In this document: piece by piece, positions 9,701 through 16,424 of the stretch | Layout of the letters: every line of letters begins with the position of its first letter | Numbering within the stretch: position 1 is the first letter of the stretch | Source of the DNA: Candidatus Omnitrophota bacterium | GTDB taxonomy: Bacteria; Omnitrophota; Gorgyraeia; JAFGGP01 | Direction of reading: 5' to 3' | NCBI GenBank assembly: GCA_016930485.1 | Contig: JAFGGP010000017.1 | Location: 1 to 54,938, forward strand | DNA length: 54,938 bases | The notes under the pieces: generated by a model | Databases searched by the model: none | Told to the model about the DNA's origin: nothing | Seen by the model: the letters and a program-made list of their open reading frames with translations, nothing else | Position numbers and translations under genes: made by a program

Positions 9701-12075
9701 ATATCCTGGAAAAACTCAAATACCCTGGTTCTCACTAACTCTTCCGAGGGTTGCTGCGGTTGGACATCATACGGCTCCGTATCGCCGGACACGCCGCTCA
9801 CCGAGCGGACGAGCTTTGCCTGACCCAGGATAATCCGGTACTCTTCTACCGAATGGGAGCCGAACTCATTGCCGAAGATATCGTAGCCATGCTGGTCTTT
9901 TTCTCCGTTTGCGTCGATCAGCCTGCCGTCATCATCATACTCATAGGTGACCCAGCCGGTGCCGAAGGTGTCGCTCCCGTCGATCTTGAAGGCCTCTGAC
10001 TCATAGTCGTAGCGCAGTTTCTTGGGCTGGCCGAGGATAATTGCATACTGTACATCGCCGAAGGTATGTACGGTGCTGCCGAACATATCTTCGCTGTTCG
10101 TCTCCTCTGTCCCCGAGGCACCGACGAGGTAGCCGTTCCCGTCATAGGTGTAGTCGATGATCGTATGTGTGGTGCCGAAGGTGCCGTCGATCTCGTTATT
10201 GTATGAGGTGGTATCGGTCTGGATAAGGGTGTAGAGATGTCCGTTGATAATCTCGTAGCGGTTGACTACGTCGGTGCTGTGCTCTGACATAAAGAGCTCA
10301 CTCATGCCCTCTTCGTGGTAGCTCAGGATCTCGCCCCGCCTACCGTACAGGGTTTCTTTGCGGTCTGTGACATAAGGCATACCGCTGTGCTCCCCATCCT
10401 CATGATACCCGATAAGCTGGCCGATATCATTGTAGAGAATGTCCTTCCTCCAGAGATAGTAGTCGCCGAAGACCTCACTCTCCCCTGCCTCGGTATAGCC
10501 GAGCATCTGTTTCTGATCGTTGTAGAGCACCTCGTTAAAAAGACGATAGTAGTGGCCCTGGTCCTGCGTCCAGCCGATCTCGCGGTACTGCATGAGCCGG
10601 TCATACCGGTCATACTCTGCCTCTGTCCAGTCCCTGATCGAATCAGAGAGGCGCTCCTTGTCAACCTCTTCATGATAGCTTATAACCCTGCCGAACTCAT
10701 CGTACACCGCCCCGCTCCAGCTCAGGCTATAGTTTCCTTCGCCCTCGTTCCAGCCGATCTCGCTATAACTGAGGAGCTGATAGACCTTGTTGTACTCGTG
10801 GGCCTCCCAGCTCTTCCTCTGGGTATCGCCCATCGCGCCCACCGTTTCCTCCTCATAAGTCAGGGCCTGGGAAAGCGTGTCATAAGTGGTGTTGACCCGG
10901 GTGGTCAGGGTAGTAAAATCAAGCAGGCTGCCGTCTTCCCCCTGGCCAAAGGTATGAACGTTCTTGACAAATGACACCATGCGGTTGTGTTCATCATAAC
11001 CGTCGTTTGAAAACTGGGTGGTGGTGGTAACGCCGAAGTGATCGGTGACCGACTCGTTATAGCTCAGCAGGCGGTGTTTGCTGTCGTATACCGCATCTGT
11101 CCAGGTTTTGGTAGTGGCATTGCCGAGGCCATCGGTCAAAATCTCTTTATACCCGGTCATGCGACCCAGATGATCATATGTTCCCTCGGACCAGTCGCGC
11201 ATCAGGTGATTGCCGTGTGGGTCGATGATGTCTTCATGAAAACTGGTTAACTGACGGGTGCCATTGTATGTCGCGTTTGAGAAATAGGTGGTGGTAACCA
11301 GGCCAAGGACATCGGTCGTGCGCTTGGTGTATGTCTGCATATTCTTGCCACGGTAGGTGGCGTCGAAAAACTCGGTTTTCGTCACGTTGCCATTGGGGTC
11401 TATCACGGTCTCGGTGTACTGGGTCATATGCTTATTAGCGACCGTATTGACGGTGCCATAAAACACAGAATCAGGGGTGTAGACCGCGCCGGTCCACACG
11501 CCGTGCCAGACATTGCCGAAGGGATCCGTATCATCGTATTCATAATGGATCAAGAGGCGGCGGGCGTCGTATTCCATGTTGTACATGTGGCGTATTTTGG
11601 TGGGGCCCTGAGGGTTCTCGATTTTCTGATTTTCGATCTCAATAACAAAACCGTCCCGCATCCAGGTAACCTGTCCGTCTTCACTCAAGCTGTAGCGCAG
11701 CCCCTTCTGGCCGGCTATCTTCTGTTCCAACTCCTCGGCCTTCTTTTTGAGGGCCGCGTCAATTTGTTTCAGTTCGACCGCTTCCTGGACGACCTCCTGG
11801 TCGAGCTTGACCTTGCCTTCCTCAATCTTCTGACCGCGGAGCTGCTCAATCTCGGCGCGTTTCTGGATTACGTCATTTTGGCGTCTAATAATCTCTCTTA
11901 TTTCTTGGGGTGTTAAAAAACCCGAGGTTCCTCTGCGGTCTCCTCGGGTTCTAAATAGACTGGACAGGTCGTTCCCGGCAGCCCAGGCTACGTTGGACCA
12001 CAGGAACGTCTGAATCAGGATAATCGCAATAATGCGTATCCAGGGTCTACTATGCGGTTCTTGTGCCTCGATCAC
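1..12075 (-). CDS. Giant secreted multidomain protein, >4025 aa, 3' end outside window (YD/RHS-like and DIFG repeats, two C39-like domains, CBM-like domain)
   Basis: GTG at 12075 preceded by GGAGGG. N-terminus MIEAQEPHSRPWIRIIAIILIQTFLWSNVAWA is a Sec signal. Manual translation stays open in this frame over the segments read, including bases 1-60 (...KDAGESVTDDWGNTGQMPSE). The ORF track lists no stop-bounded ORF in this frame. Confidence 0.93.
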   Translation of the reverse strand, partial: MIEAQEPHSRPWIRIIAIILIQTFLWSNVAWAAGNDLSSLFRTRGDRRGTSGFLTPQEIREIIRRQNDVIQKRAEIEQLRGQKIEEGKVKLDQEVVQEAVELKQIDAALKKKAEELEQKIAGQKGLRYSLSEDGQVTWMRDGFVIEIENQKIENPQGPTKIRHMYNMEYDARRLLIHYEYDDTDPFGNVWHGVWTGAVYTPDSVFYGTVNTVANKHMTQYTETVIDPNGNVTKTEFFDATYRGKNMQTYTKRTTDVLGLVTTTYFSNATYNGTRQLTSFHEDIIDPHGNHLMRDWSEGTYDHLGRMTGYKEILTDGLGNATTKTWTDAVYDSKHRLLSYNESVTDHFGVTTTTQFSNDGYDEHNRMVSFVKNVHTFGQGEDGSLLDFTTLTTRVNTTYDTLSQALTYEEETVGAMGDTQRKSWEAHEYNKVYQLLSYSEIGWNEGEGNYSLSWSGAVYDEFGRVISYHEEVDKERLSDSIRDWTEAEYDRYDRLMQYREIGWTQDQGHYYRLFNEVLYNDQKQMLGYTEAGESEVFGDYYLWRKDILYNDIGQLIGYHEDGEHSGMPYVTDRKETLYGRRGEILSYHEEGMSELFMSEHSTDVVNRYEIINGHLYTLIQTDTTSYNNEIDGTFGTTHTIIDYTYDGNGYLVGASGTEETNSEDMFGSTVHTFGDVQYAIILGQPKKLRYDYESEAFKIDGSDTFGTGWVTYEYDDDGRLIDANGEKDQHGYDIFGNEFGSHSVEEYRIILGQAKLVRSVSGVSGDTEPYDVQPQQPSEELVRTRVFEFFQDILGRDPTTQEFDQYREAILSGDKTLEDVRRELLASDEYARMQEARETIIDRVREVLERFITLSPEEQRAMLAALGLTMDIAVSLTALGVRAIIDWLEHQDAHFGSSAFVAIQRLLMQLGVAGTDYADIAIKTILTDIFTGVITPLTSGRLILSASSLREVGKLYGVELYGLELTYDELVNLTQPVIAHFSPTHYVIVLGATDNLVKVLETNGEVIIYTKEEFLEKWQGVVLSSEKPAGAREIPDEVMKQIRGADDDDDDYTPPPEPPLPPWAPPNSHWDPRINPANGRIIAWDLYDGDGNRIGQSTNGRTWYDYGNGARYGYFQFGDYTIEFYRNGDTTPTGRYVWVDESGPDGSSFTLADGLDVYMSKTGGQGRCVIVARDNVGGGGEAIPGIEYADYYSWSNQQGQSAFVARIEAYSAVGDGNTGAYTGTTGGGSLAYNIDAMCVKACGLGMMYASVKRVVGDDIDPSDRQLWIASNSLGKQWGNVSTLSAPNYLGDHWGPSSTFMDNTVNKANTTYSAWTTDPYGFGFIQLLAFGVLDTSAKLANGTNPTVASPPINLLEWNPPLGEFDEGQMGTALAVKPVENGYEWTKTVEVDLAGQSWGTGTRYENPDTGHTAYPSSDFRIYRNQVHTVTYTFTMTITYGENEAGEPDPTKDAVITVKVERGQYDVNREVVRDQYGNPVTRLVTHQAGEWDYVALDGSNAGKGSNVNPMNYTYAVTVDDPANPGTTIDIIVDPSNQASYIDYIDPQGLDPNIPDTWYQLVGYYNGNVNGSVGDFTEVTGTNKTTGVSVTIQQFWEDLSWEEELTQYQYGEKITKVQVADFAFHVNMNPSGDTSSAISAAAVKAWVRAMEAAYIAENSDSGLTPNEALAAALLLDDFTQTAKLIDLVAPAGAPEFDPDDPGGNNPPDDDDDDDDADDDDDEAGGADDDEDEPGEKWYSVEVYRKYGLGGGGSAYSGSASHTFSGFSVHQFNPTTVNIPQDDDPWDDVPPDDPTEDPIDDPGGGIIHGSLYILPDTMVGATIKATTAKGTARMNAQFYYDKGNIGTSFPGGPEGENREGSDSHPQVGGVATGTFLSAGYHTPILIGLSADGSSSYILKEEDGEMKLFLPALGADGLSADTYGTWRDSDGNLHIRTTDRDGNPLDITVYGDGTASVIRDGLESRVVLESRVDSEGNVTLLLSFHKTAEGLLDQAAEVVHEVEKTLLDIAAEKAHQFKEGILDLAVIKNVVDWLSKMGQFVISCGAKALQRLLEMFGIKVSTTQIAAQTIVSDIINGILRPAQFDIVYTSDIAIREVAEQFGLDMVTVRTSFEALRQADMPVIAHVGGDHWVVIEGIKEDGTVLVREIDGNLYEVSQSDFLGQWQGIVITLRAPPVPKITPDEFIPVLISISPSLFPIALSEPLRPHDTVEDLVAKLVPSFKISVIDTVKKLQESSLLQDAAGAVLLLKLPSYPETTPVQFIPRLILIRDIPKEDREADFTIIPYHEISQYLTKELPEYQLVTFMIAAPEMDITTGESFTPEGLTPDEVTKETPLGEAPLGLYLLTPQDASKPLPEFVLEPLERIDAEEFARLTEAVLGSLKAEFPELTSSLIVIPEVTTVAPERLEAWFDAVTTAGLSTILSQKGTPEYDAALERAFRAYVPDDTVGGMPVTGAITTPIFGAAVGGVFVEDHRGNRVYVGTVEATDLDNIYAAIEAENAEVEYLYYEGDNLVLHLEPYDGHSEDLFARLSAEEPEETMGGEEPPVEEPPAVEPPAEEPPAVEPPAEEPEQPLAQEAEEAEEPDISTSSDWQGYTEGDSKALSVIETGDDELRLYGSYGPVDGYRKGEVYLTIAPTDYTDKQFTIEIMVEDPGFGSEEAPSGVQLFAKTSDGTVWVSRYSEWVNLETGTWVKVTFDFSEGDTYPEGAEFDENQILQLGIKVASNDSWDGNWEGEIRVRNIGIEPVSEEPPIPEPPAPPEPPAPPDTPDEETGYESGEDDFGNTNETYYTKYLNSDGNTNRYDTDTYRWNADGSTSHTVSWVEYFYDENGILIGAEGGSVTNGLDIFGNTYTTVTTDIYEIMYGQAKVVRVNSVTDIQNMDGSTQHKIGWQTFDYDPNTLLLIGSDGGDEYTGSDIFGNKHEGETDFDYVIIINEAQVAEAHMSQASGTSTMFSLDGSVTDTTSVTHYEYDSVGHLTGADGYSDSITTDLFGNEQHSHTDNVYAIVNGQAKVIEATTTTTGTSLDGSTSITITRVGYEYTDGTEDPFDLPDSRYVNPEDLSVYIGLLKNAYDMEVSLDDPETGNTITGIGGLTLRSDVFGSSSIVRTSTTYAIVDGQAKPGIVATDTVGADIFGSVYFSRNILEYGYTTGAEDPAIFSDVYLMISDLTDYYIDQVLSGQYVIIDGEAILWDSMTDAQKAAVLELLKSGGSVEIQTTGGTTVISLPENWPHMTFADRIEFLKGALGISLDNLPEEKEWHEMILSEQLAYLMREVGLDPLAHLNPIYLMPSGELWHGLLMSARDLDANIQIPGTDIVLPDDLSELLDVDPLLIEQFLERVGGTITISSDIFGNLSAVTTQTYYLAINNQSKPLETVTTTLGIDMYGTAFMTRTAMRYEYTNGTEDPETVPDPLYVNEEGKVWQGLLKKAEDLSVSLISPWTEEVVTAVGGVTLSQDLFGNLTTTTTSTTYTIVKGRALADVVTSDSVQVDIFGSDTYSQTVSEYHYKTVEYDGRTLFGVQDYIEITSSNRGLDIFGRTWETLQPSVVRHQFGELTTEEGKTTIAGLIAVEEIEPMITESVNIFGDPVTTTTSTTYILINGKPFSDVVVSTTVAMDVFGSLNTSVSTSQYHYKEVERPEWNEIAQFDEALYGEILDRAGTILGVMDYLDIITESVGEDIFGKTWASSQPSIVRHTYGEYETEDGKKSIAALVNVEELQPLITTTVDIFGATVTTTTVTEYTIVKGRAFATRTLTTTESQNIFGDVNTTTAESKTTYTTFEAEGRVLPTIYGAIDTVETVTTSSGYDMFGGYWEQVSTVVYQYGFIDPNGQLKRSDNSENPIYHEEPILDSETGLPTTRLYWGLMSATGSFEGFSTNIFGDTTFNSGTQEYMIVHGQAILVSQTTVSSGIDIFGGAWNQTTTVTYEYGPIEVGDQRVPGATAGGAIRSGWGMVAAHGVIEGSSTNIFGDTSYTTGEQIYTIMHGQAVMTSQTTTSSGVDIFGGNYSQTTTVSYDYQLKDAGESVTDDWGNTGQMPSE
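3871..4335 (-). other. Carbohydrate-binding-module-like beta-sandwich in the giant protein
   Basis: GVQLFAKT..WVSRYSEWVNLETGTWVKVTFDF..FDENQILQLGIKV..WEGEIRVRNIGI, flanked by Pro/Glu-rich linkers; pattern resembles CBM11/17/27-type modules. Confidence 0.55.
4401..4467 (-). repeat. 30-bp tandem repeat encoding an EEPPAVEPPA linker
   Basis: ccgg(a/c)ggttcaactgcaggcggttcctc occurs twice in tandem. Confidence 0.85.
5587..5985 (-). other. Peptidase C39 domain 2 (catalytic Cys and His intact)
   Basis: QFVISCGAKALQRLL...PVIAHVGGDHWVVI...VLVREIDG...DFLGQWQGIVI; Cys codon 5965-5967, His codon 5707-5709. Confidence 0.85.
9010..9410 (-). other. Peptidase C39-like domain 1 (Cys replaced by Phe, presumed inactive)
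   Basis: QDAHFGSSAFVAIQRLL...PVIAHFSPTHYVIVLG...EEFLEKWQGVVL; aligns with domain 2, Phe codon 9394-9396 at the Cys position. Confidence 0.8.
9580..9730 (-). other. DUF4214-like helical motif in the giant protein
   Basis: FFQDILGRDPTTQEFDQYREAILSGDKTLEDVRRELLASDEY matches the LGRxP...S-x-E-[FY] pattern. Confidence 0.55.
10300..11600 (-). repeat. YD/RHS-like repeats of about 30 aa in the giant protein
   Basis: WSEGTYDHLGRMTGYKE, WTDAVYDSKHRLLSYNE, WSGAVYDEFGRVISYHE, WTEAEYDRYDRLMQYRE, LYNDIGQLIGYHE. Confidence 0.8.
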
Positions 12076-12239
12076 TGTCCCTCCACCACCACTTTATCTC
12101 ACAATATAATCCATTTATTAATTGCCTATTATCTGGTAGTATTGATCTAAAGAGTTCTTTTTTATGCATTTTTGTTAAACTTTTTCATACTTAAAATGAA
12201 GGTTTTTAAAAGATTTTATTTAGTGCCTAAAAAAATAAC

Positions 12240-12280
12240 AAAAAAACCGGACTGCTTTACTCTTCTTTCGGCAGCCCGGC
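12240..12280 (-). terminator. Intrinsic terminator (riboswitch expression platform)
   Basis: Minus strand GCCGGGCUGC...GCAGUCCGGU followed by a U-run; the 5' arm is the 3' end of the aptamer. Confidence 0.85.
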
Positions 12281-12349
12281 TTTCCTAACTCATTTGGATC
12301 CGCGGCTTTGCGCCCCGCACTTCCGTGTGGTTTGCCTTTGTCGGGAAGT
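12262..12349 (-). ncRNA. c-di-GMP-I (GEMM) riboswitch
   Basis: Minus strand CGACAAAGGCAAACCACAC-GGAA-GUGCGGGGCGCAAAGCCGCGGAUCCAAA...GGAAAGCCGGGCUGCCG matches the GEMM consensus (GGCAAAC, GNRA loop, GCAAAG, CUGCCG). Confidence 0.92.
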
Positions 12350-12372
12350 CTGTCTTTTCAAAGATCACCTTA

Positions 12373-12401
12373 AGTATGCCATATTGTATATATAGTGTCA
12401 A
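12373..12401 (-). promoter_or_regulatory. sigma70 promoter of the riboswitch/giant gene
   Basis: TTGACA-17 bp-CATACT with TG extended -10, just upstream of the aptamer. Confidence 0.75.
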
Positions 12402-12730
12402 GAGGGAAAAAGGTGGAAAATAAAAATTTTTTAACTTTTTTTAAAACATTTTTCTATGTAGAGGACTTTTTTTTAATTGATATGGGTTTTTTTGCTTTTT
12501 TTGGCTCTCCTTATCCTGTGTCCTAGGCTTTTATTATTTTTTCATAGGTTCTCTAAAACAATAGTATTTCTCTTTAGTTTTGCATAATCATGCTTAAGAA
12601 TGCTACCAATGAAATAAGGTGACAATGGGGGATTGAGAGGTGATGAAACAGGCGGAAAAGCAAACGCGCATTATATTTTATGCGATGAACTGTTAAACGT
12701 AACTATTTTTAAATAAACGTCTTATAAAAA

Positions 12731-12751
12731 TGATACGGTTATGATACGGTT
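12731..12751. promoter_or_regulatory. Tandem TGATACGGTT direct repeat (candidate operator)
   Basis: TGATACGGTT-A-TGATACGGTT spans the RND stop codon; the same pair occurs at 24760 and 25316. Confidence 0.55.
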
Positions 12752-15700
12752 TCTGCAGCCTGTTTCAGTCTTTTCCGAAAGAATAAGAACGCCACTATGT
12801 TACTGAGCAACCTTCCAAACTGTTCAAAGAGAAGATACATCCCCGGGATAATGAAAAGCGTGAGGCATGTTGAGCTAATAAGTCCCCCTATGACGGTGAT
12901 CGCCAACGGGGACCACAGAGATGATGACTCACTCTTGCCAATAGCCATAGGCACAAGTCCTAAAACCGTGGTTAGGGTAGTCATCATAATGGGCCTAAGC
13001 CTGTCCTGAGATCCTACTACTATTGCCCGATGTAGCCGATACCCCTTTCTCCTGAGGAGATTGATATGGTCAACCATGACGATGGCGTTATTTACTACAA
13101 TCCCGGCAAGCATAATAGAGCCGATCATAACCCCCTGGGTAATGGAGGTGTGGGTTTTTATAAGGGCTATGGTAACCCCGATGGCGGCAAGGGGTACAGT
13201 GAGCATAATGAGAAATGGTTGAACATACGACTCAAAAAGCGAGGCAAGCACCAAATACACCAAAAGGACGGTAATCACAAATACAAAGATAAGTTGCTTG
13301 TAGCGCTCGAGGTTCTTATAGTAATCACCGCCTATCCGGTAATAATAATCCTTCGGAAAAGGCAGGTCCTTCAAGACCTCCCGGATCTGTTCAACCGCAC
13401 CATGCAGAGAAATGCCTGCGCAGTTGGCGCTGATGTGGATAATCCTGTTCTTATTCTGGCGGATAATTTCGCCTGGTACCAGCGAGGGGACAAACTGGGC
13501 AATCTCCTCAAGATACACCTGCTCCCCTTCCGGGGTACCGAGGGTTAATTTTCGTATTTCATCGATCGTATCCCGATATTCCCCCTGGAGGCGCACCACC
13601 GTTTCAACCTCGGTACCCTCGGTATGATACCGGGTGGCCCTGAGTCCGCGCATCTGGGCATGTAAGGTTTCGGCGACCTCCTTGACGGTCACCCCATAGA
13701 GCGCCGCCCTATCCTTTACTATCTCCACGCCCCATTCAGGCCTACCCTGTATCCTGGACATACGGACATCCTGCAGGCCCTGGATAGTAGACAGCCGTTC
13801 GGAGATCGACCCTGCCAGTTCCTTGAGTATTTTGTAGTCGAACCCGTAGAGGTCCACAATAACCTCTTCCATGCCGGATTCCTTAATTTCTGAAAAATAG
13901 ATAAATCCCCCTTTGTACTTCTTCTCAACGGCGGCCGCCTTTGAGCGGATGTAGTCGATGAGTTCCTGGGTTTCGCGCTGCCTCTGGGCCCGGGGAATCA
14001 AATTAACGTATACCTTGGAAGAACCAGCTTCAACATGGGAAGAGAAATTTTTAATCTCGGGGATCTCTTCAAGAAACTGCTCGATCTCCTTGGCCATATG
14101 ATCCGAGATATCCAGCTTTGCCCCTGGATCAAGATCGACAAATATGGTGAATCTTCCCTCTCCGGAACTGGTGGTAAACTGCTTATCCACCTTATTGGTC
14201 AGAAAGTAGACGGACAGCAAAAAGGCGAGAACAATGTCAAATATGATCAGAAATTTATACCGCAATACAAAAATCAGGACTTTTTTGTATATCCAGGTTA
14301 TGTCAAGGAGGCGGAGCAGAAAGGTTAAAAAACGTCCCCGCACCTTTTTTATCTTTTCTTTTAGCGGCGGCAATATGCGCGAGGCTAGCATAGGAACAAG
14401 GCTCATTGCCACAAAGAGAGAGGAAACCAGCGAGTAGGTCACGGTCATGGCGAGTCCCATCCACAGAATTTGAATCTCTTTATTGACAAAGATAAAGGGC
14501 AAAAAGACGACTATCGTCGTTACGGTTGAGGCGACGACCGCAAGCATAACCTCTTCGGTTCCCTCGACAACCGCCTTTCTTGTCGAAAGGCCGTCTGACC
14601 TGAGCTTGAAGATATTTTCCAGCACGACGATCGAGTTATCCACAAGCATACCAATTCCCAGTGCCAACCCGCTCAGTGTCATAATATTAAGTGTGATCTC
14701 CTGTTTAAAGAGTGTCCGGGACAGATACATAAAAAAGAAGGTTGCCATAACCGAAATGGGGATGGTAGTGGCAATAATAAACGTTGAGGGGATCTCTCGC
14801 AGAAAAAGAAAGAGGATAATGACTGCCAGTAAAGCCCCCTGCAGCAGTGATTCCTGCACCGTGTGAATGGCGTCCTTAATGGAGGTTGACTGATTGAATA
14901 TTGTTTTGATTTTAACCCCTTCAGGAAGTTCTATATGCTTCAATTCATCCAGGATGCCCTCACAGACTCCTATTGTATTGGCGGTGCTTTCTTTGTAGAT
15001 ATAGAGCGACACAACCGGCTGGATATCCACACGGGCATAGCTCTCCGGCTCAAGAAACGAATCATCCACCCGTGCCAGCTCCTTCAATCGAATCACCGAA
15101 CCCTGCGGGGTAGTGGCAACGCCGATATTCCGTACATCCTCGAGTGACTCGAATACCCCGATGGTCCTGATGAGCAGTTTGTTTTTCGTCTGTTTGACCT
15201 CACCGGCTACAAGATTCATATTGCTTCTGCCCAGAACGCTGATCACGCGTTCGATCGGGATGTTGTAGGCCTGGAGCTTTTTTTGGTCAACCTCTACCAG
15301 AATCTTACGCTGCTGACCACCGAATACATCAACGTTTGCCACCCCTTCAACACGTAACAACCGTTCTTTTACATCGGCATCAACGATCTGGCGCAATACC
15401 TCCGGTGAGTGATAGGTACCAGTAGTAGCCAGGAGGATAACGGGATAGTCCGACTGTTTATACTGGGCGATAACCGGTTTTTCTATCTCTTTGGGCAGTT
15501 TTTCCTTTACCGTGGAAAACTTCTCTCTGACCTCCAGTGCGGCAAAATCCATATTGACCCCTGGCTCGAATTCCAGCACCACCCGGGACTCGCCTTTCTT
15601 GGAACTTGAGCTCAGATTATCGAGATGGGTAACCGTACTGACCGCCTCTTCGACCGGTCGGGTCACCAGGGCCTCTACCTCTTCCGGAGGCATGCCGCCC

Positions 15701-15855
15701 CTGACGTGAATGATAATACTTATTGTGCCGAGACTCACATTGGGCATGAGCTCCACCGGAAGGCGCAAGAGGGAATTTGTGCCCAAAATGATGACCGCGA
15801 GAAAAACCATCGTAATGGTAACCGGCTTTTTTACCGAAAAATCGGGAAGGGCCAT
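12739..15855 (-). CDS. RND transporter, AcrB/SwrC-like (1038 aa)
   Basis: PEEVEALVTRPVEEA, GMLVDNSIVVLENI, GIVVNNAIV, RLRPIMMTT motifs; 12-TM layout. Confidence 0.95.
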   Translation of the reverse strand: MALPDFSVKKPVTITMVFLAVIILGTNSLLRLPVELMPNVSLGTISIIIHVRGGMPPEEVEALVTRPVEEAVSTVTHLDNLSSSSKKGESRVVLEFEPGVNMDFAALEVREKFSTVKEKLPKEIEKPVIAQYKQSDYPVILLATTGTYHSPEVLRQIVDADVKERLLRVEGVANVDVFGGQQRKILVEVDQKKLQAYNIPIERVISVLGRSNMNLVAGEVKQTKNKLLIRTIGVFESLEDVRNIGVATTPQGSVIRLKELARVDDSFLEPESYARVDIQPVVSLYIYKESTANTIGVCEGILDELKHIELPEGVKIKTIFNQSTSIKDAIHTVQESLLQGALLAVIILFLFLREIPSTFIIATTIPISVMATFFFMYLSRTLFKQEITLNIMTLSGLALGIGMLVDNSIVVLENIFKLRSDGLSTRKAVVEGTEEVMLAVVASTVTTIVVFLPFIFVNKEIQILWMGLAMTVTYSLVSSLFVAMSLVPMLASRILPPLKEKIKKVRGRFLTFLLRLLDITWIYKKVLIFVLRYKFLIIFDIVLAFLLSVYFLTNKVDKQFTTSSGEGRFTIFVDLDPGAKLDISDHMAKEIEQFLEEIPEIKNFSSHVEAGSSKVYVNLIPRAQRQRETQELIDYIRSKAAAVEKKYKGGFIYFSEIKESGMEEVIVDLYGFDYKILKELAGSISERLSTIQGLQDVRMSRIQGRPEWGVEIVKDRAALYGVTVKEVAETLHAQMRGLRATRYHTEGTEVETVVRLQGEYRDTIDEIRKLTLGTPEGEQVYLEEIAQFVPSLVPGEIIRQNKNRIIHISANCAGISLHGAVEQIREVLKDLPFPKDYYYRIGGDYYKNLERYKQLIFVFVITVLLVYLVLASLFESYVQPFLIMLTVPLAAIGVTIALIKTHTSITQGVMIGSIMLAGIVVNNAIVMVDHINLLRRKGYRLHRAIVVGSQDRLRPIMMTTLTTVLGLVPMAIGKSESSSLWSPLAITVIGGLISSTCLTLFIIPGMYLLFEQFGRLLSNIVAFLFFRKRLKQAAETVS

Positions 15856-15878
15856 GTGTTCATTTCCCTATCGATGCA

Positions 15879-16421
15879 TCACTTCTCTATCGATACATCT
15901 TGCTGTATTGTATCTGGTGTATTAACTCTTCTATCAAACGCCCCGTCCAAATCCGTATCTTGCTCCAATGCCACCATCTGTCCCTGCTGATAAAAACACC
16001 TGAGATCAACATTGCCGTCATAGTTTTTGTCAAGCTCTTGGCGGACAAGGTTATTGTCCTTAAAATAGGCCCATACATCAGGGGTGCCGTCGCCGTTTTT
16101 ATCTGCTGACTGATATTTGGTTGTCCCGTCCGGATTATAGGAAACCCATATCTCTGGTGTGCCGTTGTTGTCACTATCAACCTCTACTTCATATAGCAGT
16201 CCTTTGCGAAATGTGCCCCAGACATCCTTTTTGCCGTCTTGGTTTCTATCAACCTCGAAGTGCTGAGGCATGCCGTCTTCACTATAAAAAATCTTCATAT
16301 CGGGTGTGCCGTCTTTATCCCGGTCTAGTTCCTGCGCAATCTCCGCGGCATAACCAAAAAAAGGCACGCAAAGGATAAACACGCCACAAAAAACGAAGAT
16401 AAACAATAGGTTATGTTTCAC
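15879..16421 (-). CDS. Secreted protein with six DxDxDG (putative Ca2+-binding) repeats
   Basis: Signal peptide; DRDKDGTPD, DRNQDGKKD, DSDNNGTPE, DKNGDGTPD, DKNYDGNVD, DTDLDGAFD. Confidence 0.85.
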   Translation of the reverse strand: MKHNLLFIFVFCGVFILCVPFFGYAAEIAQELDRDKDGTPDMKIFYSEDGMPQHFEVDRNQDGKKDVWGTFRKGLLYEVEVDSDNNGTPEIWVSYNPDGTTKYQSADKNGDGTPDVWAYFKDNNLVRQELDKNYDGNVDLRCFYQQGQMVALEQDTDLDGAFDRRVNTPDTIQQDVSIEK

Positions 16422-16424
16422 GAA

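Noticed and set aside
519-11916. About 30 short ORFs listed in the track within 1-12 kb
   Set aside because: They are antisense or off-frame shadows of the giant minus-strand ORF and show no family motifs.
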